From Candidatus Zixiibacteriota bacterium (GTDB taxonomy: Bacteria > Zixibacteria > MSB-5A5 > GN15 > FEB-12): 63,207 nt of DNA. Every line of letters begins with the position of its first letter. The stretch's first letter is position 1. Shown here piece by piece: positions 18,153-27,715 of the stretch. Made by a program: the position numbers and the translations under genes. The stretch covers positions 1 to 63,207 of the forward strand of contig JAQUSF010000003.1 in the NCBI GenBank assembly GCA_028715215.1, read 5' to 3'. The notes below the pieces were generated by a model that saw only the letters and a list, made by a program, of their open reading frames with translations, did not search any database and had not been told where the DNA came from.

Positions 18153-18707
18153 TTAGTCCAGTTTATAACCCATATTTTCAAGAATTTTTTTTAATTTGAC
18201 TAAACAGCGACTTCTCAGAGGGCCCACAGAATTGGGTAAGATATTGAGCGACTTAGCGATGTCTCGATAGGATAATTCCCCGGAACGATAGAAAAGCTCA
18301 TGTAACAGGCGGCGGCAACGGGGGTCAAGTTGTTTCAGGGCGCGGTCTAAAATTGCTTCATTTTCAAGCTGGGTTACGATTTCATCAGGTAATTCTCCGG
18401 TGTCTGAAAGTGGTCGAGCCGCCTCAAGTTCCAGGGCCGGTTTGAGTCGGCGGGCGATAGTCGCCGCCCGGCGGTAGGTGGTTTTGATGAGCCAGGCGGG
18501 CAGAGCCACCGGGTCGTGAATAGAATTGCGTTTGCGATAAAGAGTCATCCAGACATATTGCCCGCAATCCTCGGCATCGAGGGTAGATAACCCGGCTTTG
18601 CGAGCTACGGTGTTGACCAGTCCCGAATACAATTCTATTACCTGTCGCCACGCGTTGGGGTCACTCTTCTTTACTTTTTCCCAGAGTATTTCCAGATTTT
18701 CGGTCAA
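18153..18707 (-). CDS. ECF-type sigma-70 family RNA polymerase sigma factor
   Basis: Region 2 reads DAEDCGQYVWMTLYRK...LPAWLIKTTYRRA. Region 4 HTH reads LSYRDIAKSLNILPNSVGPLRSRCLVKLKKIL. The start codon is TTG. Confidence 0.9.
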   Translation of the reverse strand: MTENLEILWEKVKKSDPNAWRQVIELYSGLVNTVARKAGLSTLDAEDCGQYVWMTLYRKRNSIHDPVALPAWLIKTTYRRAATIARRLKPALELEAARPLSDTGELPDEIVTQLENEAILDRALKQLDPRCRRLLHELFYRSGELSYRDIAKSLNILPNSVGPLRSRCLVKLKKILENMGYKLD

Positions 18708-18962
18708 CTTGTTTATATCTCGTATTAATGACCTGATACGGTATAAATATGGGTTGTTTTATCTTCTTACCCTGTAAGAGTATTATTGTTCCCAAACTAA
18801 ATTACGAATAAAGTATGATTTTGTTCAAAAAGTAACAGAAATAACCAAATCTTACCAAATTATCATTATTAATGTGGTTTATTTGCCGCAACAGCAATTT
18901 TCTTATGAAAAATTCAAAAATAAATTATATTATTAACGGTATTTTATAAAAGAGTACAAACG

Positions 18963-21188
18963 ATGAAAAAAGTTTTCCTTTCTCTGCTATTCACTCTTTT
19001 GTCTCTCGGTACGGTTTCAGGTCAGGATTTTTATGATATCCGCACCATCAATACCATAGAGATTATTTTCGAGGAATTGGATTGGGATTATATACTGGAC
19101 AGTCTTTATGCTATGGGCGAGGAAGACCGGTTGCTTGGTACGGCTTATATCAACGGTGTTCGTTACGACAGTGTGGGAGTTCGTTACAAGGGAGCCAGTA
19201 CCTACAATCCGCTATGGAAAAAGAATCCGTTTAATATCGAACTCGATAATGTTATCGAGGGTCAGTCGATTGACGGCTATAAAACTCTAAAACTGGCCAA
19301 TGTTCTGCGCGACCCCAGTTTCGTTCGTGAAGTGCTCGGGTATGAGATTGCCCGTGACTATATGCCGGCCAGCCGGGCCAATTACATCAAGGTGTCCGTA
19401 AACGATGAATACCTGGGTTTATACACCAACGTTCAGAGTGTCGATAAATTTTTTGCCCGGAGGTATGATTACGATGCCGACGGCGCTCGTTTCAAAGGCG
19501 ACCTGGTAGGCCTTCAGGAACTTTTATTAACGACAATCTGGGGCTACCGGGGAGAGGAACCCGACGCCTATTATCAATACTATGAATTGAAATCGGACAG
19601 CGGCTGGAATGCCCTGATTGACTTTTTAGAAGTTCTTAATCATGACGCCGCCGGGGTGGAAGCGGTACTGGATGTCGACCGGCACCTGTGGATGCTGGCT
19701 TTCGACAACCTGCTGGTTAACCTGGATGCGCCGGTTAATATCAATCACAATTTTTACCTGTACCAGGACTTTTCTCGGCGTTTCAGCCCGATTATCTGGG
19801 ATTTGAACGAATGTTTCGGCGGTTTCAAGATTTTGATGTCCACCGGGAAGATTCTGGGTATCAGCCAGCTTCAAAAGCTGGACCCCCTGGTGCACCTGAA
19901 CCATCCCGATTTCCCGATAATCGGTAAAATACTCTCCTATGACAGGTACCGGAAAAAATATTTCGCCCACATGAGAACCATTATCGAAGAAAAATTTGCC
20001 AACCACTGGTATGAAAACCGGGCACTTCAGATTCAGGCGATAATCGAGGACGAGGTCGATGACGACCCCAATAAATTTTACAGTACACGGGATTTTCGCG
20101 ACAATATTTACCGGACGATTTACGACGGTCTATCGTCGATTATCGGCCTGGTTCAGTTGATGGACGCCCGGGTAGCGTATTTGGAGTCCCGGCCGGAATT
20201 CCAGGCGGACCAGCCGGTCATTTCCGACCCCGTCGCGGCGCCCGAAACGATTGCACCCGGCACGACGGCGGTAATTACCGCCCGCGTGACAAACGCTGAT
20301 TCGGTGTGGTTATATTATCGTCAGGCAAGCGGACGGGCTTTTGAAGAAATACCGATGCATGACGACGGCGGTCATGGTGACGGTGCCGCCGGGGATAATA
20401 CTTTCGGGACGGCTTTCGTCGCCGGCAACGGTGATATTCATTATTTTATCTATGCCGAGAACGGTGAAGCCGGGTTTTTTGCACCCGCCCGGGCGGCTTA
20501 TGATTATTACGTTGTCGAGGTTACAGCGCCGGTAGTACCGGCGGTTAAGATTAATGAATTCATGGCGGCCAACAGCAAAACCATTATCGACCAGGATGGT
20601 GACTTTGACGATTGGCTGGAATTGTACAACGCGTCCGACAGCGCCGTGGGGCTTGCCGGTTTTTATCTTTCCGATAACATTTCCAACCTGACCCAGTGGT
20701 CTTTTCCCGATACGCACATAGCACCTCACGGTTACCTGCTGGTCTGGGCGGATGGTGAGGAAGAACAGGCTGGTCTTCATGCCGGTTTTAAACTGTCCGC
20801 TTCGGGCGAAGCCCTGGTGCTGGCCACTCCCGAACTGGCGGTCGTGGACCAGATTTCCTTCGGAGCTCAGACGAGCGATGTTTCTTTCGGGCGCTCAACC
20901 GACGGCGGTGACGATTGGCGGTTTTTCACGACGCCGACGCCGGGGAATTCCAATAACGACATATCATGTTGCCGGGGAAGTGTCGGTAACTGTGACTGTT
21001 CCGAAGACGAGGAACCCGATGTCTCCGATATACTGAGGTTGATAGATTATCTTTACCTGAGCCGTGAACCGTTATGCTGTCCGGGAGAGGCTGCTATTGT
21101 CGGCGACGGTGAAACGGACATATCGGACATCACCCGCCTGGTGGACTACCTGTTCCTTTCACGCCGGCCCCTGCCGCTTTGTCCCTGA
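18963..21188 (+). CDS. secreted CotH-family (atypical kinase fold) protein with a lamin-tail domain and a C-terminal Cys-rich dockerin-like pair
   Basis: Signal peptide present. The CotH-like core reads KKNPFNIELD...YKTLKLANVLRDPSFVREVLGYEIARDYMPASRANYIKVSVNDEYLGLYTNVQSVDK. The LTD reads VKINEFMAANS...DWLELYNASDSAVGLAGFYLSD...LVWADG. The tail reads DVSDILRLIDYLYLSREPLCCP...DISDITRLVDYLFLSRRPL. Confidence 0.8.
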   Translation: MKKVFLSLLFTLLSLGTVSGQDFYDIRTINTIEIIFEELDWDYILDSLYAMGEEDRLLGTAYINGVRYDSVGVRYKGASTYNPLWKKNPFNIELDNVIEGQSIDGYKTLKLANVLRDPSFVREVLGYEIARDYMPASRANYIKVSVNDEYLGLYTNVQSVDKFFARRYDYDADGARFKGDLVGLQELLLTTIWGYRGEEPDAYYQYYELKSDSGWNALIDFLEVLNHDAAGVEAVLDVDRHLWMLAFDNLLVNLDAPVNINHNFYLYQDFSRRFSPIIWDLNECFGGFKILMSTGKILGISQLQKLDPLVHLNHPDFPIIGKILSYDRYRKKYFAHMRTIIEEKFANHWYENRALQIQAIIEDEVDDDPNKFYSTRDFRDNIYRTIYDGLSSIIGLVQLMDARVAYLESRPEFQADQPVISDPVAAPETIAPGTTAVITARVTNADSVWLYYRQASGRAFEEIPMHDDGGHGDGAAGDNTFGTAFVAGNGDIHYFIYAENGEAGFFAPARAAYDYYVVEVTAPVVPAVKINEFMAANSKTIIDQDGDFDDWLELYNASDSAVGLAGFYLSDNISNLTQWSFPDTHIAPHGYLLVWADGEEEQAGLHAGFKLSASGEALVLATPELAVVDQISFGAQTSDVSFGRSTDGGDDWRFFTTPTPGNSNNDISCCRGSVGNCDCSEDEEPDVSDILRLIDYLYLSREPLCCPGEAAIVGDGETDISDITRLVDYLFLSRRPLPLCP

Positions 21189-21330
21189 GAGAACAAAATT
21201 TCGCCCACTTTTCCAGCCCTGATTATTAAATAATACGGCACAATGGTTCGTCTTTACCTGAAGAATTAATTTTTTATGCCGGAACGAATTCCGGTAACAA
21301 TGATTGTCTGTTGAAAAACGAAAGGAACGT

Positions 21331-21774
21331 ATGACTTCGGAAATTTCACTCGAAGCGGATAAGGAAGCTGTTAAGAAGGTCATTTATGATGCTATTGGCT
21401 GGGCTTTGAATAAAGATAAGGACTTGCTTTTTCGAGCGGTGGCGCATGATAAGGACTTTTTTATTTATCATCCGGACGGAGCCAGCACTATCCGCGGCTT
21501 TGATAAATTCAGAAACCACGTAGAGAATTTCTTCATGAATGATGCGTTTCGGGCTACGTCGTTCGACGTCCGTGAATTGCGGATAAATCTTTCCCGGAAC
21601 GGTGAGACGGCCTGGTATTCGGCCAGGCTTGATGATTTCGGGGAATGGCAGGGTCGCCCGACTGCCTGGGTCAACGCCCGCTGGACCGGGGTTCTGGAAA
21701 AAAGAGAAGGCGCCTGGGTTATCGTGCAGATGCATTTTTCGTTCGCCAGTGATGAAAAGAAAGAGAACGGGTAA
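21331..21774 (+). CDS. NTF2-like/SnoaL-like superfamily protein
   Basis: The cone-like alpha+beta pattern (EADKEAVKKVIYDAIGWA...ETAWYSARLDDFG...WTGVLEKREGAWVIVQMHFS) fits this fold. The track start is TTG at 21304. The ATG at 21331, preceded by AAGGAA, is preferred. Confidence 0.55.
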   Translation: MTSEISLEADKEAVKKVIYDAIGWALNKDKDLLFRAVAHDKDFFIYHPDGASTIRGFDKFRNHVENFFMNDAFRATSFDVRELRINLSRNGETAWYSARLDDFGEWQGRPTAWVNARWTGVLEKREGAWVIVQMHFSFASDEKKENG

Positions 21775-21781
21775 GGGAAGT

Positions 21782-23575
21782 TTAAAAAGCCTGCCCCATA
21801 TTAAAATAAATTCGGCTGCGCGGTTCATAGGGCCGGGGGTCGAGGTTAATACCCCAGTCAAGCCGGATGATACCAAGGGGAGTGTTGACCCGCAGGCCGA
21901 CTCCGGTATCCCCTCTTAAATCAGCCAGACGAAAATACCGGGCTCTTGACCAGACATTGCCTACTTCGACAAACCCGACCACGCCAATCATCCTGTAAAG
22001 GGTATGGCGGAGTTCGGCGATATTCCAGATGATTTTGAAATTCCCCCCGATGGGGATATCGTTGTTCTGGAGGGGGCCGACTTTCCGGTATTCAAAGCCG
22101 CGCAGAGAATTGGGCCCGCCGGCATAGAAGCGTTCGCTCAGCGGGATTTCTTCCGAGCTGCCAAAATAATCCATCCAGTCGATTTCCAGGGCGGTGCCGA
22201 GAACAGTTTCCCGCCTGACAGGCCAAAAACATTTCATATTGATGCCGGTACGGGCGAAGGTGTTGTTGCCTTTGAGAAAGGCGCCGGCCAGTTCGTTAGT
22301 CCATTCCAAATAAGTACCCCGAGTCGGGTTGAACAGGTTGTCACGGGTGTCATACGTTAAAGAGAGAATCAAACTGCGCACCCGGGGGTCGTAGCTGGCG
22401 GGTATATCCGCCACCTCGATATGTCGCAACTCACCCTCTTCAAAACGATAAGTGAATGACAAATTGGTATTATTTCCGAGAGTTCGCCCGGTTGTCAAAC
22501 GCCCGCCGTAACGACTTAAATCATACCCCGGCTCTTCAATGAATTCGAACCGCAGGTTTATATCGGTGTGCCACCGGGTTCCCAGGGTCCATGGCTCGGT
22601 AAACGACCCCTCGATACTTCTTCGGATAAAACTGGCATTAAGGGTGGTACCAATCTTCCGGGCGGTCCCCGCCAGGTTGCGAGTGAAAACTTCCATTCTG
22701 GAACGGACTTTGTCAACCGACCCGTAACCGACCGCGATATTATATTCGCTGGACAGGTTTTCTTTAATTTCGATGACGATATCGCGCCGGGTGGAATCGC
22801 CGTTCGCCGGAGGGCGGGGGTGAATGAAGACGCTTTCAAAAAGGCCGGTCAGATAAAGGCGGCGCTGGGAAGCCATCAGGCGCGAATAGCGGACGATCTC
22901 GCCCGGGCGGAAAGTGAGTTCCCGGAGAATTACAGACGGTTTTGTTTTCACGTTGCCCTCCACCCGGATTTCCGCTATGGTACTGGGGAAACGTTCAGTG
23001 ACGATGAAATCAACCGCCGCCAGGTGAACATCGCTGTTGATTCTTATCTCAGGCCGGATGACCGCGTCGAGATGGCCGTTCTCGGCATAAAGCGACAACA
23101 TGCTCATCATTCCTTCCTGGATTAAACTTCTCCGGAAGGGTTCACCGTTTTTCATTCTGACTTTACCCCGCAAAAGGGAATCCTCGAAAGCAGTGTTGCC
23201 GAATATGGCTATTCCTTCAAGATGGGTTTGCACTCCTTCATCGATTTTCAAATGAATATCGACTCTGGCGGCTGTGGAATCCACGGTAACGATAGTGTCA
23301 ACCACGACCGCTTCGAGATAACCGTTCTGGTGGTAGAAGAGGGTGAGGTTTTCAATGTCATCAAGGAGTATTTCCCGGTAGTAAGTGGAAGAATGCAAAA
23401 AGCCCGATGGCCGGCTGAGTATGAGACCCAGCAGTCTTTTGTCCGGGTAAGCCCGGTTGCCTTCGAATGTCACCCGGTCAATTTTAAATTTCACCTGGGC
23501 GGAAACGGTCGTCGCCGGGATCATCATACATGTCAACGCCAGCAGGCACCATATTATGTTAACCCGGTTTCTCAT
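21782..23575 (-). CDS. Omp85-family outer-membrane protein (BamA/TamA-like, POTRA domains plus beta-barrel)
   Basis: Signal peptide and POTRA-like repeats (V..I.F.GN......L). The barrel carries FYAGGPNSLRGF and the C-terminus ends NMGQAF. Confidence 0.85.
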   Translation of the reverse strand: MRNRVNIIWCLLALTCMMIPATTVSAQVKFKIDRVTFEGNRAYPDKRLLGLILSRPSGFLHSSTYYREILLDDIENLTLFYHQNGYLEAVVVDTIVTVDSTAARVDIHLKIDEGVQTHLEGIAIFGNTAFEDSLLRGKVRMKNGEPFRRSLIQEGMMSMLSLYAENGHLDAVIRPEIRINSDVHLAAVDFIVTERFPSTIAEIRVEGNVKTKPSVILRELTFRPGEIVRYSRLMASQRRLYLTGLFESVFIHPRPPANGDSTRRDIVIEIKENLSSEYNIAVGYGSVDKVRSRMEVFTRNLAGTARKIGTTLNASFIRRSIEGSFTEPWTLGTRWHTDINLRFEFIEEPGYDLSRYGGRLTTGRTLGNNTNLSFTYRFEEGELRHIEVADIPASYDPRVRSLILSLTYDTRDNLFNPTRGTYLEWTNELAGAFLKGNNTFARTGINMKCFWPVRRETVLGTALEIDWMDYFGSSEEIPLSERFYAGGPNSLRGFEYRKVGPLQNNDIPIGGNFKIIWNIAELRHTLYRMIGVVGFVEVGNVWSRARYFRLADLRGDTGVGLRVNTPLGIIRLDWGINLDPRPYEPRSRIYFNMGQAF

Positions 23576-26500
23576 TTGAAGCGCAACCTGTATTTTAAAT
23601 CCAGTCCCGAGCGCCCGCGGCGGTCGGTCTGACCCATGAGTAAAAAGCGCTGGGAAAGCCGGTAATCGAGGCGGATACTCTGTTCGTTCATGTAACCGAC
23701 TGTTGTGGTGTATGTCATCTCGACCCGGTCGGATATTTTTTTTGAAGCCAGAAGTTGCGGGCCCCAGGATTTGTTGAAACTGAAAAGATTGCCTTCTACC
23801 GATACCTGGTCGAGCCCCAGAAAAGTCTCAACTTTGCGGGAAACGAAACCGGAGACTTTCTGGCTGGATAATACCTGGGCGCGCTCAATGAGAATGTTTT
23901 TGGTTTCCGATTTTCCTTCGCTGTCTTTGCCGGTCAGTTGACTTCGGGTGGCGCCCAGGGTCAGCAGGGACACGATGTCGGATTTATCGAGGGGCGGTTC
24001 GGAGTATAACCTGATGGCCAGTTCGTCGAGCAAGCCTTCCGCCGCAAAAGTGATGGTATAAGGTGTTGCCGCCATCGCCTGGTAGCTCGTTACCCGGGCT
24101 TCGGCTTTCAGGTTTATTTCGGGATTGAAACGAAGGGGGTCGGAAAAAAAGATAAAACCTTGCTGGATTTTAAACTGGCGGTCAAGATATAAAAGGTAAC
24201 CTTCTTCGACATTAATGCGACCGGAGAAATTGGGCTGTGCCAGGCTGCCGATGACGCCCAGCTCGGAATGCAATCGCAACCGGGCCAGGTTATTGTCAAT
24301 CCATAACTGGTTGCTTTCACGGAGGCGAATGTCCATGCGGGTCTGTTGCAGGACATCGGGAAGTTCCGGGGAGGGGCTTTCAAGCTTCTGTGCCCAGGGA
24401 AGAATCGACTGCGGCTTGAAATTGGTCAAAAGACGCGATTCGCCCAGCTCGATATCCCCGCCGAGCAGAAAATAATCGTTCGGTTTGCGGTAGTTAAGCC
24501 GGGCGGTACGGACATTCAACTGATACTCTCTGGGTACGGTGTAAACGATATTGTCGGCCGCCAAACTTAAATTAATATCCTTGATCGTTGTATCTTCGAA
24601 AACCAGGTAACCGTTCAAATAAATTGAACCGTCGTTAAATTGCATGAGAAGCGAATCAACTTCTATTCGGGAGCGGTCAAATCTGAGCCTGGCGATGCCG
24701 TTGCGAAAAGGAGCCTGGAGCTGGTCGGGCTGAAAAAGCAAGCTGTCAACATTGATAAAACCATTTATCCGGGGAGCGGTCATGTTACCGGATAGATTTA
24801 TGCGACTGTTGAGTTCACCGGATAAGCGCGATAAGCGCGGCACAAAAGGCTGTAAAAGTGAAAGATTCAGATGGTCGATGCCACTTTCGAAATTAAGGGT
24901 ATCCGGGGATAATATGCCGCGTCCCCATAAGCCGCCGACATCGCCGATAGTGAGATTCATGTCCGTTTTAAGACTTTTCCACTCAGATACAACCGCCGTT
25001 CCGGTCAATTGTAGTTGGTTTTTAAGAACTGTCGCCCGCGCCTGTTCGATGGTGATGACGGAGTCCCGGATAGTGCCTTTTACTTCGATTCCGGTCAAAG
25101 TGTCATTGCCTTTGTTTAAAATCGCCGTACTGTTTTCGATTGCCAGCCGGCCATCGAAACAAGGATACAGAATCGTACCGTCCCATCTCAAATCCAGCGT
25201 CCCCAGACCCGACAGTTTCAGGTTCTCGTCCCAGAACGGGTCAAGGCTGGCAAGGTCGAGTTTCGAAATATTCAGTGAACCCTCGAACCGGCTATGTTCG
25301 GACAGGCTGTAATCTCCAAGGGTATCATGATGCAGGTGAACCATTGCTTCGGCTGAAAGCGAATGGTGCTCTCCAAAGGTCTTAAATTCCATAAGACGAA
25401 GGATATCGTTTGCCAGTTCGAGACGGGCGGATAAAGAATCCAGTTTTACTTCGTCATAATAGGGGTCGGTAACCGAAATTTCAAGCGATGCCGATGGTTC
25501 AGCTAAACGGCCGGTGAAGTTTAATTTTAAATCCAGGTCGCCGTCGAAATCAGAAGGCGCAGCCAGCAAAGGCGAAAGACTGCCGAGCTTGATTTTTTTC
25601 CCCTGCATAGTCACGACCAGATTGGCGGTATCAGCCAGGTTGAAACGGGTGCTTATTACGCCGCCGGAGGTGATTGCGGTTTCTTCTTTTGTAGTGCTGC
25701 CCGATAACCATGGTGTCGAAACGGTATCACCAGCATAGAATGGACCAATAAAAATTTCAGTTTCAAGAGAACCTTCGCTTTTCTCGAAATCGTAATGACC
25801 GTCAAAAGCCAGATGCGACGAGCCCCGGTGAAGGCTGGTTTTATTCAGAAATAAATGACCGGGTTCAATAGTCAGATGAACAGCCCCGGAATCCAGTCCA
25901 TACTCTTTGTAGCGGGGCTGGAACAGTTTCAGGTCAAAACCGCCGTTGAGGTTATCCGGGTTCCCCTTTAGATGGCCGGTGTAAGTGAAACCACCGGATA
26001 AAGAATCAAGGCCAAGAAAAATTCTGGTGCTGTCAATATGGTCAAGCGCACCCGCTACGGTGAGTTGCTTTATCTGCAGGATACTGTCACGATAGCTGAT
26101 TTCAGCTCGAAGCGAATCCACCGGGAAATTAAGGTATTTAATCTCATGTCCGTGAATGTCGGCCTGTATTGCGGGTGAGGACAGGCTGCCGCTGAGAGTA
26201 CCTTCGGCCAGAAGCAGGCCGTCTAAGTCCGGGATGTTTAAGAATTCCGCCAACGGTTGTATTTTCCTGATGTCCGCTGTGAAACTCCCCTGGAGAGAGT
26301 CGTCTCTGATAGTAACATCGCTTTTAATTTCAAAGTTTTCCTGGTGAATATTTAAATCGGCATGGTTGTTTTTAAAATCGCAGACGCTGTAAAAATCGGG
26401 CAGGGTTTGCCCCTTATATTTCAACAGGCGGGTCTTAAAACCGGCCGTAAACTGCCAGTTTTCAATCATCCTTCCCTGTCCCGTTAAGGCTACGGCACCG

Positions 26501-27681
26501 TCGATTTTACCCTGGTAAGGCGATTCACAGTTATGCCACCAGCTCCATATCGAGGCTAAGTCGATGTTCTTTATCACCAGTCCGGTGCGACTACTGATAC
26601 TGTCCATGACATAGTTACCGCTGCCGGTAATGAGACCGCCGAAAGCCTGGATTTCCAGGGTGTCCAGCCACAGCGTATCAGCATACCACCGGGCACTGAA
26701 GACATGGTTTTGCACTTCCAGGTTGTCGACGAAAATTATAAAAGGATACAGGTTAAGGGCCAGTTCGGGGGTGTCAAGGTCACCGCGCAGGCTGATATTC
26801 AGAGTCAGCTCACTGCCGGCTTTAAGAGGCGGGGCGGTGTAAAAATGATTAATTTTCCGGAAAAGACGTTCGGGGTCGCCCGTAAGCTGTATGTCAGCCC
26901 GCAAGCCGTAAGGTTCACCGGTGGCCATGGCGGCATCCGCCTTCAAAATCAAACCCTCCAGCCGTGTCCAAAAACTTTCAAGAGAAAATGAATTTTCATC
27001 CAGATAGCCGCCGGCTTTAAGCTGTGCAATCATAACCGGAACACTGTCATAAATAATATCCATGCTGTCCAGGGCGATTTCGTAATGATACCGGTTAGTT
27101 TCTTCCTGTTTTCCGCGGCAACTTATGGAATTTACGTTAACCGCAGTTTTCAGGAGATCATCGATATAATGCCCCGAAAGATTTTGCATGGTGAAAGACT
27201 CGAGGTTAATAGTAAAGCCTGCTTCCTTGGAGCCGGTATCGGCCGGGGCAGCGGAAGCAGCGAGGATGGAATCGAGCAGCATGATATTGAAACGCCCAAG
27301 GCTGTCCCGATGCAGCGCCACCTCGACACTGTCAATGAGAACCGAAGTCACCCGGAGCTCTTTATGCCACAGCGGTGGCAACCGGTATTCGATTTCAAGA
27401 CGATGAATATGTAGCCGCGGACCGGATGACGCTTCCGGGTCATCGAATATCTTTATTTCCCTTAGCTGCAGCCGGGAAAAAAGATTTGTCTCCAAATGGC
27501 CGATAGTGACTTCCTGCCGTAGGGTGTCTTTCAACAAACTCTGCAGGTAATCTTTGAGGAGATTCTCACCGGGCGGCAGGGTCATGAAAAAAATAAATAA
27601 AACTGCAAGTGTTAGAAGACTGAAAAGGCTTAAAGCGAGTATTTTTATCAGCCGTCCGTATTTTTTATGCTGCTGCTTCAT
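23572..27681 (-). CDS. TamB-like translocation and assembly module protein (DUF490 C-terminus)
   Basis: 1369 aa with an N-terminal anchor helix and a long beta-rich body. The C-terminus reads SEPPLDKSDIVSLLTLG...DYRLSQRFLLMGQTD. It overlaps the Omp85 gene by 4 nt. Confidence 0.8.
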   Translation of the reverse strand: MKQQHKKYGRLIKILALSLFSLLTLAVLFIFFMTLPPGENLLKDYLQSLLKDTLRQEVTIGHLETNLFSRLQLREIKIFDDPEASSGPRLHIHRLEIEYRLPPLWHKELRVTSVLIDSVEVALHRDSLGRFNIMLLDSILAASAAPADTGSKEAGFTINLESFTMQNLSGHYIDDLLKTAVNVNSISCRGKQEETNRYHYEIALDSMDIIYDSVPVMIAQLKAGGYLDENSFSLESFWTRLEGLILKADAAMATGEPYGLRADIQLTGDPERLFRKINHFYTAPPLKAGSELTLNISLRGDLDTPELALNLYPFIIFVDNLEVQNHVFSARWYADTLWLDTLEIQAFGGLITGSGNYVMDSISSRTGLVIKNIDLASIWSWWHNCESPYQGKIDGAVALTGQGRMIENWQFTAGFKTRLLKYKGQTLPDFYSVCDFKNNHADLNIHQENFEIKSDVTIRDDSLQGSFTADIRKIQPLAEFLNIPDLDGLLLAEGTLSGSLSSPAIQADIHGHEIKYLNFPVDSLRAEISYRDSILQIKQLTVAGALDHIDSTRIFLGLDSLSGGFTYTGHLKGNPDNLNGGFDLKLFQPRYKEYGLDSGAVHLTIEPGHLFLNKTSLHRGSSHLAFDGHYDFEKSEGSLETEIFIGPFYAGDTVSTPWLSGSTTKEETAITSGGVISTRFNLADTANLVVTMQGKKIKLGSLSPLLAAPSDFDGDLDLKLNFTGRLAEPSASLEISVTDPYYDEVKLDSLSARLELANDILRLMEFKTFGEHHSLSAEAMVHLHHDTLGDYSLSEHSRFEGSLNISKLDLASLDPFWDENLKLSGLGTLDLRWDGTILYPCFDGRLAIENSTAILNKGNDTLTGIEVKGTIRDSVITIEQARATVLKNQLQLTGTAVVSEWKSLKTDMNLTIGDVGGLWGRGILSPDTLNFESGIDHLNLSLLQPFVPRLSRLSGELNSRINLSGNMTAPRINGFINVDSLLFQPDQLQAPFRNGIARLRFDRSRIEVDSLLMQFNDGSIYLNGYLVFEDTTIKDINLSLAADNIVYTVPREYQLNVRTARLNYRKPNDYFLLGGDIELGESRLLTNFKPQSILPWAQKLESPSPELPDVLQQTRMDIRLRESNQLWIDNNLARLRLHSELGVIGSLAQPNFSGRINVEEGYLLYLDRQFKIQQGFIFFSDPLRFNPEINLKAEARVTSYQAMAATPYTITFAAEGLLDELAIRLYSEPPLDKSDIVSLLTLGATRSQLTGKDSEGKSETKNILIERAQVLSSQKVSGFVSRKVETFLGLDQVSVEGNLFSFNKSWGPQLLASKKISDRVEMTYTTTVGYMNEQSIRLDYRLSQRFLLMGQTDRRGRSGLDLKYRLRFK

Positions 27682-27715
27682 TAATTCTTATACACTTACA
27701 GGGTTTCGGAGAAAA

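Noticed and set aside
21260-21300. Hairpin CCGGAA-cgaa-TTCCGG after the CotH gene as a terminator
   Set aside because: The stem is only 6 bp and contains an EcoRI-like palindrome. No downstream T-run occurs on either strand.
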